DNA of 64,000 nt from Camelus ferus. Lineage: Eukaryota. Under the pieces are notes generated by a model that had not been told where the DNA came from, made no database searches, and saw only the letters and a list, made by a program, of their open reading frames with translations. Below are positions 26,460-38,815 of the stretch, one piece after another. The position numbers and the translations under genes were made by a program. The DNA is taken from NCBI RefSeq assembly GCF_009834535.1, contig NC_045696.1, forward strand, positions 49,230,001-49,294,000, written 5' to 3'. Each line of letters begins with the position of its first letter. The stretch's first letter is position 1.

Positions 26460-27195
26460 CCCCAAAATTGTATTGAGATACCATAATATCCTCTTAACGT
26501 GTAAACGTTAGTGCTTTTTAGAATATACACAGAGTTGTGTAATCATCACCAAAATCAGTTTTAGAATATTTTCATCACTGCAGAAAGAAACCCACTCCCA
26601 TCTGCACCCTGCCTCCCCTCCCCCTACCTCTTCTCAGTCCCTGGCAACACCAGTCTCCGTTCTGTCTCTGTGCCTTTTCCCCTTCTGGACGTTATATATA
26701 AATGGAATCATATAACATGTAGGCTTCTTTCACTTAGCATAATGTTTTCAAAGTTCAACCATGCTGTAGCATCTATCATTCATTTCTTTTCATTGCCAAA
26801 TAATATTCCGTTGTATGGATATGCCACATGTTATCCATTCATCAGTTAATGGACATTTGGGTTGTTTCCACTTTTGGGAAATAATTATGAATTATTTGTG
26901 GTCAAGTCTTTGTGTGAATATATGTGTTTATATTCTTCCATATATACCTAGGAGTGGAATTGCGGGATCAGATGGAAACACTATGCCCTAACCCTTTGAG
27001 GAACTGCCAAACTGTTTTCCAAAGCTGCTGCATCATTTTACATTCCCACCAACAGTGTATGAGGGTTCCAGTTTCTCCACATCCTCACCAACACTTGTTA
27101 TTATCTGTCTTTTTGGTTACAGCTATCCTAGTAGGTGTGAAGTGCTAGCTCATGGCTTTTTTTATTTGAATTTCTCTGATTCCTAATGATGTTTG
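26460..27195 (-). mobile_element. LINE-1 3' end (L1MB-like)
   Basis: attgagatac...cagagttgtgtaatcatcacc...ttgaggaactgccaaactgttttcc...gtttctccacatcctcaccaacacttg. Confidence 0.9.
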
Positions 27196-27209
27196 TTTTT
27201 TTTTTCTAC

Positions 27210-27298
27210 AACCCACTAAAAATGTAAAGCCATTTTTAGCTCATGGCTTATAGCTCATACTGCAGGCTGGACTTGACCCACAGTTAGCCAACCCCTGA
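27210..27298. mobile_element. MER58-like hAT-Charlie fragment
   Basis: taaaaatgtaaagccatttttagctc...gttagccaacccctg. Confidence 0.6.
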
Positions 27299-27439
27299 CC
27301 TAGAGGGTAGAATTAGTAAGCAAATACATTAAAGTGGTGTTATAAATACACTCTGTTCTGGAACGTAGAGGACAGCATAAGCTGTTTAGAGGAAGACGTG
27401 GAATAGTAAAAAGAATACCCGTGGTATGGCACTGACATG

Positions 27440-27608
27440 TGCTTGCTGGACTGAAAAGACCAGACAGACTTGGTTCATAACATTTGCTGATTTCCACGGT
27501 ATAAATACTCCCACCATGGCCAATTTTAGGCTATCGACATGACACCACTGAACTTGAAGTGGGAAGAGACATGCACAATTGGCACCAGCTGACTCTAGCA
27601 CATTGCTG
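27440..27608. mobile_element. MER63-like hAT element
   Basis: gatttccacggtataaatactcccaccatggccaatttt...ctagcacattgctg; related to the copy at 41807. Confidence 0.7.
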
Positions 27609-28789
27609 ACCTAAACATATGATGTACAGTAATCAGAAATCAGAGCTGCCACCTGCATGGCCATCATCGGTCTTCTCCATAACCAACAGAAGGGAGGATA
27701 TCTGCCCTCTCCCACTGTGTTACTAGACTCCTAAATAGCCTGGCTCTTTCTCAGTCTTCATTACTCAAGAATCATGGCCACATTTCCACAAATGTGTATA
27801 CATGCACACTCTCTAGAATGTCTAAAAAATGTATTGGAATAAAGTCAGAGCAACAAAGGGGACCATATTCTGATCCATCCAGAAAACGTCCTGGAAAATA
27901 TATTTCAGCTGGGTGTTGAATGGATAGGAAATGGCCAGGTAAACAGAAGAGCACACATATTCCACACAAATAGATGGTTTGTGCAAGAATTCAAAAGTAA
28001 GAGTCAAAAAAAAAAAAAAAGGTAAAATTAGTTTCCCTGTTAAGACACAGAATTGTGAACTCTTGCAATCAGGTATTTTGCCTCAGTTCTCCCCAGAGGT
28101 TCTGGGAAAAGCCTCAACTTTAGATTTATGCTTTCACCAAAAAATACATAGTGAGGAAAAAAGAAATTCCTCCTACGCATGAAATTGCTGCAAGGACGCT
28201 CTAGAGCAGTTAGTTGGCAAATCATCCAGAAAATAAGTAGTTCGTATCTCAGGCCGGCCCTTTGAAATTCTAGTCTAATATGTTTCCAAGTTGGCATCAG
28301 TTCATGAACTGTGTTTCAGAATAACCCAGCCTTCTTGACCATAATCTCCTGCCCCCAACCCTCAACACTTCTCAACACTTCCCTTCCTACTGATGGTAAA
28401 GCCCAAAGTTACAGTGAGGGATTGACGCTTTTGACCTGTATTTGTCAGCTCAAAGCAAAGCAAAGCAAAGCAAAACACTGCTTTCCTGGGCAGAGATGGT
28501 CATTATGTTACCTTGCTCAGCGTAGCAAGGGGCAGAGCTATTCATTGCCCAGAACTCAAAATCGCAAATTCCCCACATTTGAGATCTCCTAAGTAGAAAT
28601 GTGTGGGGCAAAGGGACATGAATCTGTGACTTCTCTATGAACTGCTCTGTTTTGCTGGCTACGAGGGAAAACAAAGCCTTTTCTCCTGTGTGAAGGGCTT
28701 TGTGCTATGATTCACTGCCTACCTCCTGGGTTTCCTGGCCTAGTCCTGTTTTCCAAAGTCTGTCCCAATTTACCTGTGTTCTGTTAACT

Positions 28790-28955
28790 CAGAGATCCTC
28801 AAACTTTAGCTTGCATCAGAATCTCCTGGGAAGCTAGTTAAAACTCAGGTTCCTAGGCCTCACCCACAGAATTTCAGATTCTGTCGGTCTGGGGAGGGTT
28901 GCATTTTTAAGAAGTTCCCAGGAGCTGCTGCTGCTGCTAGTCCCGGGACCCCTGC
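28790..28955. mobile_element. MER5A hAT-Charlie element
   Basis: ctcaaactttagcttgcatcagaatctcctgg...agattctgtcggtctgggg...tgcattttta...gctgctgctagtcc. Confidence 0.85.
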
Positions 28956-29049
28956 ACATTTTCTCCATCACTCTGTGCAGGCCCGGCCCCCTTGGCTGCT
29001 GCTCTCGCCTTGCTGCTCATGTAGGATAACTGCACCCACCCGGCCTGCT

Positions 29050-29445
29050 GCAGGTAGTGGCGCGCTTGGCCTTTACTGTGTGGCAGTCTATCATCGGGGG
29101 TACCATTCTACTACCGTCTGTGGTGCTTTCATCATTGCTGGACATTTTAGTGATGCCAAAGCCCCTCGTGAGCATATTTCTGGTGGCCTTGGTACACGGT
29201 ATGCCCTCCAGGCCTTCCTTTGGTTGCTTTACAAGCCTCACATAATATCTAATATTATCTACTCTGGTATGTCCACGTCCCTGAGCTTTTTAATTCTTTC
29301 CTCCTCAATCTGCCAAGGACATTCTGGCATTCCAAGTTCACTTAGTACATGGGCCATTGGTTTTTCCATGCTTCTAGGCCCACCCTGCCCCCTGCCCCCT
29401 GCCCCAACCCCGTGTCCTTATTCTTGCATTGATCTAACCTCAACT
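29050..29445 (-). mobile_element. ERV-L internal gag relic (frameshifted, with stop codon)
   Basis: Minus-strand translation across frameshifts gives LEAWKNQWP / LSELGMPECPWQIEEERIKKLRDVDIPE*I / EGLEGIPCTKATRNMLTRG. This resembles ERV-L Gag (W.KRWPT.SE.EMP.LPW..VEEGI.RLRE.GMLEWI...EGPED.PFT...RN...RG). Confidence 0.8.
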
Positions 29446-30139
29446 CTAGTCTTACAAGTATTTCTTTATAGTGGCACTTTAGGAAAAACTTGACTTCACT
29501 CATTTCTTATTTTTATCCTAGAACTTTTTTTCCCCACTCTCACATTCATGTTCCTTTCCTTCATCTCACTCATCTCATATCTTCATTCTTTCTTATTTTC
29601 AATTTCCATATATGTGAGGTTCTTTGAGAGATTTCTCATTGTAAAAAAATGGATTATAATGTTTGTCATAAGAAACCTCAAAATGCTATTTTTAAAATGA
29701 TATCTTGAAGTGAATAGAACATTATACTGATTTTAGAATTCTGACCAGTATTCAAATGGATTTTTTTTTTCAGTAATATCAAGCAGAATTAAAGATAGAA
29801 GAAAAAAAAAAAGGGACATGTTTCAAAACCTCATTAGGAATATCCTGGAAAGAAAAGGTTGAGAGTTTTCATGTAGCAGGATGATTAATGGGTCTCAGTC
29901 AGATGTTCATCATGCTTCAAAGATGATACCCTTTGTAAAACTGAGCCTTATCAGCCCATGTTTCAGACACTTTGAGTGACAGCAGGGCTTTTGCTGAGAG
30001 GACTGGCATTTCCTTAATTCTTCCTCAGATAACGAAGAGGCTCTGGCACCTTGTACGGCTCTCCATAGTTACCCCCATTTCTCCTTTTTCAGAGCTCTCA
30101 TCCTCTTTACACCTGCGGCCCTTCTCAGCTTTCTGCCAT

Positions 30140-30865
30140 ATTCATTCATTTAGTATTCATCCATCCATTCATTCAATATATGTGATTTGAGTGCCTATCA
30201 AGTTCTGCTCTGGGTGCTGAGAGTATGGCAATGAACAAAACAAACAAAAATCTCTGCCTCGAGGGGCTGAGGGGAAGAGAGACAGTAAACAGTTCAATCG
30301 GAAAAAGTTGTATGTTAGAAAATGATACATCTGAATGAAAAACAAATTAGGAAAGGTATTAGGAATTGTTGGGAGCATAGGGTTTAAAATTTTAGATGGG
30401 ATGGCCAGGGAAGACCTCACTGAGAAGGTAATATTTAAGTAAAGGTAGAAAAGGGTGGAGGGACATGCATCTGGGGAAAGATCTATCTGGGCAGAGGGAG
30501 CTGAAAGTGCAAAGGTCCTGTGGCAGGACTATGGCCACCACATTCCAAGGAATAGCAATGAGAAGGGGGAAAAAGTAGAAAATGAGGTCTGAGAAGGGAT
30601 AGGAGGTGGGCACTGGATCAGTTAATACTTCCTTGGGGCATTAATGAGGACTTAGGCTTCTCCTTGCGTGATTTAGGAGTCATCAGAGGGTTCTCAATAG
30701 AGGCGTTATATACTATGATCATATTTGAATAGGATCACTCTGACTGCCAAAGGGAGGCAAGACCTCAGCAGGGTGTCCAGTTCAGAGAGCAAACAGCTCA
30801 AGCATTTAGCTGAGAGGCTGTGGTGGCTTAGGTCAGGGTGGTGGCAGGAAAAGTGATGTTTGTAT
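30140..30865 (-). mobile_element. LINE-2 3' region
   Basis: cattcattcat...gagtgccta...gaacaaaacaaacaaaaatctctgcctc...ggaagacctcactgagaagg...ggatcactctgactg. Confidence 0.85.
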
Positions 30866-30879
30866 TGAAGACGTAGCCC

Positions 30880-31490
30880 CCTGACCATCTGTCCATGCTC
30901 TAATCCTCCCTGCGTCCTCCAAGGCTGGACCTCCTTCTAAAAGTCCACCTTTCTTATGTCACTCTGTTACTCAAGAACACCAAAATAACTCACTGCTGAC
31001 CAAATCATGTTCTGTTCTTTATTTAAGAACTCTAACCCTGTGCAACTTGGTATACTTTCTACCTACTTGATCCCATCCCACTTCCCAGCTGAATTCTCTG
31101 TTCCCATCAGCTTACCTGCCAGTCCCCCAGCACACACGACCTGCTGCTCTAACCTCTGCAAGGAGAGCCCACACTTTCTTCTTTGGCTTGATCATCCCCA
31201 TCCTTACAGCCCATTTCAGCTGCACCCCTCTTCACGTCTCCCTTCATATCAGTGGTCCTCCTGAGTACCTCTGTCCTCTGGCCCAGCCCGTAGCTGCCTG
31301 CATCTTACATGCCGACAATTTAGCTTACATCATTCTGCACTATGTTCTCATTTGGTTTTTGGTGCCTCCATGAGTTCATAACCTCCACAAAGGCAAGGAC
31401 TGCATAGGATATTTTTTTGCCTCTTCCATCCCCTGCAGAACAGGTGAGGCATCTAACAGGTATTTGGCAAATATTTGCTGGATTGAACAA
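30880..31490 (+). mobile_element. LINE-2 3' region, opposite orientation
   Basis: Pyrimidine-rich L2 body ending gcatctaacaggtatttggcaaatatttgctggattgaa. Confidence 0.6.
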
Positions 31491-33589
31491 AATATGACAT
31501 AAGCTCGTCGACACTAAAACAGCTCTTCCAAAAATGCCTTTCGGAGTAATTTGGCAAACTGTCTTGAATGTGTAAAAGACACATGGGAAAACAAGACGAT
31601 GTTGACCACCACCTACAACTCCTTCCCCGTGTTCCTAGCTACTTTATCCTAACGCATATCTCCTGGAGTGGTAACATGCTTTAATGCCTGCTTTCTGGGC
31701 CTGCAATGAGGGCACTTCAGATACTGCTTATTCTAATCCCCATCTCAGCTAGCCTGCGGCAGGGCACCCCCCGAGCTGGCTGCCCTCCCTCCCTCCTTTC
31801 CCTTTACCAGCCCCTGCCCATGCTGCCTCCCTTCTCCCACATTGTGTGAGTTATTTGCAGGCATCACTTCAGGACTGACTCTCATCAGAACCCTCCAGGC
31901 TGCTGTTTATCCAGTCTCCAGGCTTTCTTACCAGCTGTGAACTTTTTGCCAACTCCACGTTACCACCTAATTGAAATGGCTGCTTGGTTCCATTTCCCTT
32001 ATTAAAGACAGATTAAGAAAATCAGTTCAATACCTTTGCCATTTTAAAGTCATCATGAATCTCATGCTTTTGATTTACAAGCTGGCTTTAAAAAAAAAAA
32101 AGCGTGCCTACAAATCCTTCTCCTGCTTTTCAGCCCCGCCTCACAGTGCACTTCATTTTGGTTGCTTGTGTTGTTCTTTTTAGGCTAGTTTAACAGTTAA
32201 GGTTTTTGTTCATTTCCCACTGGGCCTCTTCAAATACATTTTTCCCCCTCACCCATACATTTCTTGCAATTTATCATCTGAAATGATCAGTTGTGCATGA
32301 ACTTGAGTGGTGAGAATGAAATGCAATATTTTGAGTTTCATTTGGGGTATCCTCCAGGGCTCTCTGCCTGTTTTTCTGATGACCCTTCTGGCTCCTCACC
32401 ACCTCAGTCCACTGGTCCCCAGAGCTGAGACCTCTCAAACCTGTCTGGAGGCAGAGTCTGGGGTCAATCCCTGGCCTCGCCACAAGAATGCATGGAGTCG
32501 GTGTCCAAGCTCCTGAGGATCTCTTGGCCCAGCCTGTTCCTTGCTTTTCAGCTCTAGAAACTGGCCTCTTGTCTAGATGTCTAGCCCCGGGGATCTGACC
32601 TGACTTGTCAGATCCTCAGATCATCCAGGGTCCCCTTACCCTTGCTAGTCCTTCCCCGAACCACAGTTCAGGACTGGGGGTCTGTCTTTGCATGTTGCAA
32701 CCCTAGATCTAGCCTCACGTTTGGGCTGACAGTGTATTTAGCTCTCCACGCCCTACCGAGGTCAGGGACTCCCACCAAGGATCGCCCAAGGACTCCCAAT
32801 GCCAAGTGCTGTCTGCTTGGACACAGCTGCCATCTTGTTCTCCAGATGGCAGACTCCGCCTTCTCGGATGGACATCTTGCCACTGTGTGCTGCCTGCCTG
32901 ATGGGAAGGTCTGACTTGTTCCATTTCTAGCAAGCCTCTCAATCTGACACCCACATTTAATGATTTCTGCTATCCCAGCATCCCCTCGAGGCTTTCAGCT
33001 CAATAGGAACGTTCTCAATAAGACAAGCCATTAGACAGTATTTGTCTCAATACCTTCATAGCCTAAGACTCTTTTCTATCTTCCAGCACCTCCTTTCCCA
33101 GGGTCCAAAGTCCTCCAGCTACAGCAGCTCTGACAGGGCCTGCTCCAGGCTTGAGAACTGGCTGCTTCTCAGACCTGCCCTTTCTCCCTCTCCTCTCTGC
33201 AGCCAGTGCTCTTATGTGTTGATTCCACAAGGCATGGCCTCAAAGCCTGGCGCGTTTTTCTTGAAACCCTGCACTGAGAATATCACGGTTACCACTAAGC
33301 AGTTCCCTTTGCGACAGTTAAAGGACAACCCTCTGGGTAGAACTACTATAGATGTTGGGAAGAAAATATGCCTTACACACAACCACTCTTCTTTTTCCCT
33401 AGAAAACTGAAACCTCTTAAACACTAGGAGGCTTGAAACAACAATGAAATGGCTGTTTTTCACCCCTTATGGAAATAAAGTATGTTTAAATCATAATACT
33501 CAGTATTGAATACAGGCTAATAAAATAATACTCTCATATACTGCTTCTAGGACTATAAACAAATATATCTGTCTGAAAAGAAAGCCCAT

Positions 33590-34895
33590 CTCTGACTCGA
33601 TAATTTCCCATTTAGCAATCTACCCTATAGATATAGCAAAAGCAATCAGACAAAAATTCATGTATCAAGATGTTTTTTAAATTATTATTTTTTAATTTTA
33701 TTTATTTTATAGTTAGTTTACAATGTTGTGTCAATTTCTGGTGTACAGCACAATTTTTCAGTCATACATGAATATACATATATTCGTTTTCATAATTCTT
33801 TTTCACCATGAGCTACTACAAGATCTTGAATATATTTCCCTGTGGTATACAGTACAAACTTTTCTATCTATTCTTTATATACTTGTCAGTATCTACAAAT
33901 CTCGAACTCCCAGTCTGTCCCTTCCCACCCCCCTACCCCCTGGCAACCACCAGTTTGTATTTTATGTCTGTGAGTCTGTTTCTATTTAAGTTCATTTGTC
34001 GTCTTCTTTTTTCTTTTTTAGATTCCACATATGAGTGATATCATATGGTATTTTTCTTTCTTTTTCTGGCTTACTTCACTTAGAATGACATTCTCCAGGG
34101 ACATCCATGTTGCTGCAAATGGCATTATGTTGTCATCTTTTATGACTGAATAGTATTCCATTGTATAAATACACCACAAAACTTTTTATCCAGTCATCTG
34201 CCAGTGGACATTTAGACTGTTTCCATGTCTTGGCTATTGTAAATAGCACTACTATGAACATTGGGGTGCAGGTGTCTTTTTGAACTAGGGTTCCTTCTGG
34301 ATATATGCCCAGGAGCAGGATTTCTGGGTCATATGGTAAGTCTATTTTTAGTCTTTTGAGGACTCTCCATACTGTTTTCCATAATGGCTGCACCAAACTG
34401 CATTCCCCCCAACAGTGTAGGAGGATTCCTTTTTCTCCACACCCTCTCCAGCATTTATCTTTTGTGGACTTTTGAATGATGGCCATTCTGACTGGTGTGA
34501 GGTGAATATTATTTAAAAGAGCAAATATTTGGAAAAAAATACAACAACGTATTAGTAGAGGAAAGTTAATAGATAATGATATATTCATTCTATGGACCAT
34601 TATGCAGCCATTGAAATGTTTTCAAAGAATATTTTACATCATAGGAACAAATTAATAATAATTGAGTGAAAACAGATTCAAAATCTCTATCCTATAACGT
34701 CAATTATGTCACGAGTGGGAAGATATGTAAAATGTATTTGTGCATATGCGTATTATATAAATAATGCTGGGATAAGTACACCAAAACGTTAACAGTGCTC
34801 CTTTGTGCAGTTAAAATAGATTTTTATCTTATATTTATGTTTTTGTGTTTTCTCAGATTTTCTACATTTTAGTAAATATGTATTAGTTTTATAGC
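33590..34895 (+). mobile_element. Old L1ME-like 3' end interrupted by a younger L1
   Basis: aatttcccatttagcaatctacccta...tgtatcaagatgtt resumes after 34505 with atttaaaagagcaaat...tatgcagccattgaaa. Confidence 0.6.
33690..34504 (-). mobile_element. Young 5'-truncated LINE-1 (ORF2 C-terminus and 3' UTR), camelid-like
   Basis: ORF2 C-terminal peptide [26 protein letters not shown]...QPLWKTVWR...LPYDP within ORF 34133-34600. T-rich tail at about 33690-33710. Confidence 0.92.
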
Positions 34896-36702
34896 CCCAA
34901 AACGGCATTGAAAACACATAGGTAGTTCGCCTTGAGTTCAATGCGAACATTTCTCGCTACCGGAGCTGTTGCCTGGACCTCCCTCAGCGCTGCGAGGAGG
35001 GACGTACAGGTGGAGCAGTGACATGAAGGTGTCAGTGAGATTGCCTGTCACGTTGCTGGAGAAATTACATCCTTTCAGCGTCTCAGCTGATGTGTGTAAC
35101 ATATTTTCTCATGTTCAAGAGGAACAATTAAGGGGTTGAGCATGACAACCATAATGGTATAAATCTGTGTTTGTGGAGATGAACCTCACGTGGCAAAAAC
35201 GCTGGAACTCAGAGCGAGCAGCTCACCGAGCGGCGGGTCCCCAACGCATCTTGCCGGCGGAGCAGAGGCGAGCGTGCAGGTCAGGCCCCCCTGTGCTGGG
35301 CGCTCCCCGGATGCCGAAGTGCCGGCCTGAACCGTGGAGACGTTCACCACAGGGAGTGCAGAGGAACTCAGCAAGTATGTAGGAGGATTGAAGAGAATTT
35401 TGAACTCCTAAAATGTTGGGTGTCTTCTATTTAAAATTTGTTCTTGTTTTCCTCGAAACAGCTTTGAGTAACTTCGTAGGGAAACTGCCCTCAAGTCTTC
35501 TGTGTGAGGAGGAAGAGGATGGACCGCTGGTGAGGGGTCAGGCACACCTCAGACGCCTTGCTGGGCTGGGCGCACGTGTGGTTTGGTGTTTGGAGCCACA
35601 GAGCAGCTGCGGTGTAAGAGGCTGCGTCCCGGCCCCACCGTCCTCCCGGTTCCCGCAGACGGGCGCCAGTCGGAAGGCCTTGCAGGCTGACTGTGTGAAC
35701 CCCTCGCCTTTACCTCCCGTGTTCTAGCTGGGGGTGCACGGCTCTGCCCCCACGGCTCCCGCATGCTCTCAGCCGTGCCTCTCTTCCCACGTCACCAAGT
35801 GGTCCAGCTCTGACTTATGCATTCCTTACTATAAAGCTGCATTTTCCTAACCTCAAACCAGAACATGTGGGATAAGGACACTTTCCCCAATTTGTCTTGG
35901 AAAAGTCTTTCAATATAAAAATTAGGTCATATTTAGTTATATTTAGCAAAATGCTGCTTTTGAGGGGAAAAAAATGCATGAAATTGAGCTGTCCCAGCAC
36001 ATCTGGTTCTTATGGTCCCTGCACTCCTGGCTGACTGTCCTGAGGACACGCTATAGAATCTGCGGGGCCTTCCTCAGACTCCCGCCCAGCCCACGTCAGG
36101 TTACTCCAGCCTAAGTGGGCAGCAGAGTTTTCTTTCCCCTGACGCTCCAGCTTCCAAGAGAATTTTGTGCAGAGTTACTTGGCCACCTACGATCTAACAG
36201 GCTAGCAGTTTGCAGCCATCTCCAAGCTTAGTCCTAAAGTAGCCTTAGTATCTTCACTGCTAAGCTTTGAAAACAGGAAAAATTTGATAAGCAGGAAAAT
36301 AATTAGATCTATCCTTTCCTATTTTTCAGTGGTAGTTTCATTTTTCCAAAGGTTAACGAAAGACAGGAATAATTTATCTCAAATTACAGATTATTTTATG
36401 TCTGTGTATTTACTCAGCAAAAAATCTGAGTAAAACGTTCTGAAGGGGGAATAGACAGGAAGGCAGGAACTTGAAGGTGAGGGGCTTCTCAGGGCCCCTA
36501 GAACCTCACCGGGTGGGTAAGCACTTCTGCAGAAGGTCAGCTCCACCGCCGAGAAAGATCTCTTTGACATGGGGACTGTCTTTCATGAGTTCCAGGGGGT
36601 TCCAATGCCTCATGAATGTTGTGATGTAACTCAGGATATGAAATAGGATGAGCATGTAGGAATTTTTTTCAGGGAACAAAGAGAAGAATCCCAGGATTTT
36701 GG

Positions 36703-37192
36703 GTTTTTTTAATTGAAGTACAGTCAGTTATAATGTCAATTTCTGGTGTATAGCATAATGTCCCAGTCATGCATATATATGCATATATTTGTTTTCATAT
36801 TCTTTTTCATTAAAGGTTACTACAAGTTATTGAATATAGTTCTCTGTGCTTTACAGAAGAAAATCATTCTTTGTCTATTTTTATATATAATGGCTAACAT
36901 CTGAAAATCTCAAATTCCCAAATTTATCCCTTTCCATCCCTTTCCCCTGGTAACCATAAGATTGTTTGCTATGTATACGAGTCTGTTTCTGTTTTGTAGA
37001 TGAGTTCATTAGTGTCTTCTTTTTTTAGATTCTACATATGAGTGATATCATATGGTATTTTTCTTTCTCTTTCTGGCTTACTTTACTTGGAATGACGATC
37101 TCCAGGTACATACATGTTGCTGCAAATGGCATTAATTTATTCCTTTTTATGTCTGAGTAGTATTCCATTGTATAAATATACCACAGCTTCTT
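36703..37192 (-). mobile_element. Young 5'-truncated LINE-1 3' UTR, camelid-like
   Basis: tttttaattgaagtacagtcag...agattctacatatgagtgatatcatatgg; clearly homologous to about 33710-34180. Confidence 0.88.
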
Positions 37193-38184
37193 TAGGATGT
37201 GCTTTTAATGCTAGCTCCCTGTCTTGGTTCCCTTCCATTTAGAAGACAACCAAACTGGTGGAGATGAGTTGCCACTCCTGCCCTCTCCGGCTTATGCTGT
37301 CTTGGAAACTGTGGCTGGTCAGTAAAGCACAGAACTGTCACCACCAAACTCAGGGCTTCATGGTGTAGACTGGCAGCGTCACTTTGTGCCAATATTATGG
37401 AGAAAATCCATGTTCCCAGACTGAGGCGACATCTTACCCTGGTCAAAGAGAAGCAGAACGTAAGAGTATTCAGGAAGAGAGCAAATCCATTACCCCAATA
37501 TCCATTCACCCCAAATACTTGTCCTGCTGTTGAAGAACAGCAACACTACCTTTCTGTCTGCAAAGGAGATCATTGCTATTATTCTGGGTTGCAAAAGTTT
37601 TAATTTAATATAATTAAATGTGCTGTTTCATAAAAATGGAGAGCAAAAAAAGTTTTTTAAGCTATTGTGATAGAACGGCCTTGAAATATATCAATGGTCT
37701 CCTCATTGAAGAAGAGGAGGGAGTACGGATGTCTAAGTTCCATTTTTATTATTCAGTTCTTTCCCATGGAGATTTAGATAAACTTGTTTCTTTCTCCCTA
37801 ATCATCTCCACGAGTGGAAAGGATTTCCTCACAGAATTTTAATGCAGGAAGGAACCCTAGAGAATGTCAACCCTGAGGGTAGATTTACCAGAAAAAAAAA
37901 AAGTCACCTTTTTTTCAGACATTCAAAAGAAACTTAGAGCCAGCTCCCCCTCCTGGGAGAGACTCATAAAGGTTGTTGATCCCTCACTTGAAGTGTAATG
38001 TCACCCAGGAAGACTTGATGAGGCAGGAAGGAGAGGGCCAGATTTACCCAGGTCTTTTTAACGTAAAACAATGGAAAAGAAATAGTTTAATTAAATGACT
38101 GATGGGGGAAAGGGGGGTCTTTGAAAGTAATATATAGAGGTCATGAAATATAAGTTTTCAAACAAACCATGGTAATAATAATAT

Positions 38185-38425
38185 GGATGGTTAACCCTTG
38201 TCTAGCACGTGCCATGTGCCAAGTATTGTTCTGAGTGCTTTATATGAACTCATTCAGTCCTCATGAGGTAAGTGTCCTATTACCATCCACACTTCAGAGG
38301 GGAGGGTGCGCTGCATAGGGCAGTGAAGTAACTTGTCCAAGGATTTATAAGCGGAAGGCGCTGCAGCTGGTGTTGGCAGCGGGGCAGTCTGGCTTCAGGG
38401 TCTGCACTCTTCCCCACCACACACA
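38185..38425 (-). mobile_element. MIR SINE
   Basis: catgtgccaagtattgttctgagtgctttat...gtgaagtaacttgtccaagg...ggcagtctggcttcagggtc. Confidence 0.75.
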
Positions 38426-38594
38426 CTGCCCTGAACTGACGGGAGCCCGTGTTCAGTGGTTCTACTCTGTTACAGACAAAATCTTAGTAAAGGACTAGAA
38501 CGAGCGTTTATCGAGTTCCTACTCACTCACTGGGCCGCTCCTCGCAACAACCCAAGGAAATCTGTTACCGCGAAAGTCTCAGTGTGAAATTTGA

Positions 38595-38815
38595 ATGAGA
38601 ATTTATCCGGCACCTATTGTGTGCCAGCTATTGGGCTGACGCTCACAAAATCTGAGGGGTGGTTTTCCTTACCCCTGTTTTACAAATGAGGACACGGACT
38701 TAGAGAGATGAAGTTTGGGGAGGTGAAGTAACGAGCCCGAGTGATAGCTGGTCACGAAAGGGAGTGGACATCTGAAAATGTGTCTTGTTTGGTTTCAGAC
38801 TTGTATTCCTTCCAC
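38595..38815 (-). mobile_element. MIR SINE
   Basis: ctgttttacaaatgaggacacggacttagagag...gtgaagtaac. Confidence 0.65.

Noticed and set aside
28451..28530. (CAAAG)4 repeat and the short inverted repeat ccttgct-6-agcaagg
   Set aside because: Too short to distinguish from chance.
28975..29493. 172-aa plus-strand ORF, the longest in the track
   Set aside because: It is antisense to the ERV-L gag relic, has a GTG start and resembles no protein I recognise.
34133..34600. 155-aa ORF
   Set aside because: LINE-1 ORF2 C-terminal fragment fused to flanking sequence, not a host gene.
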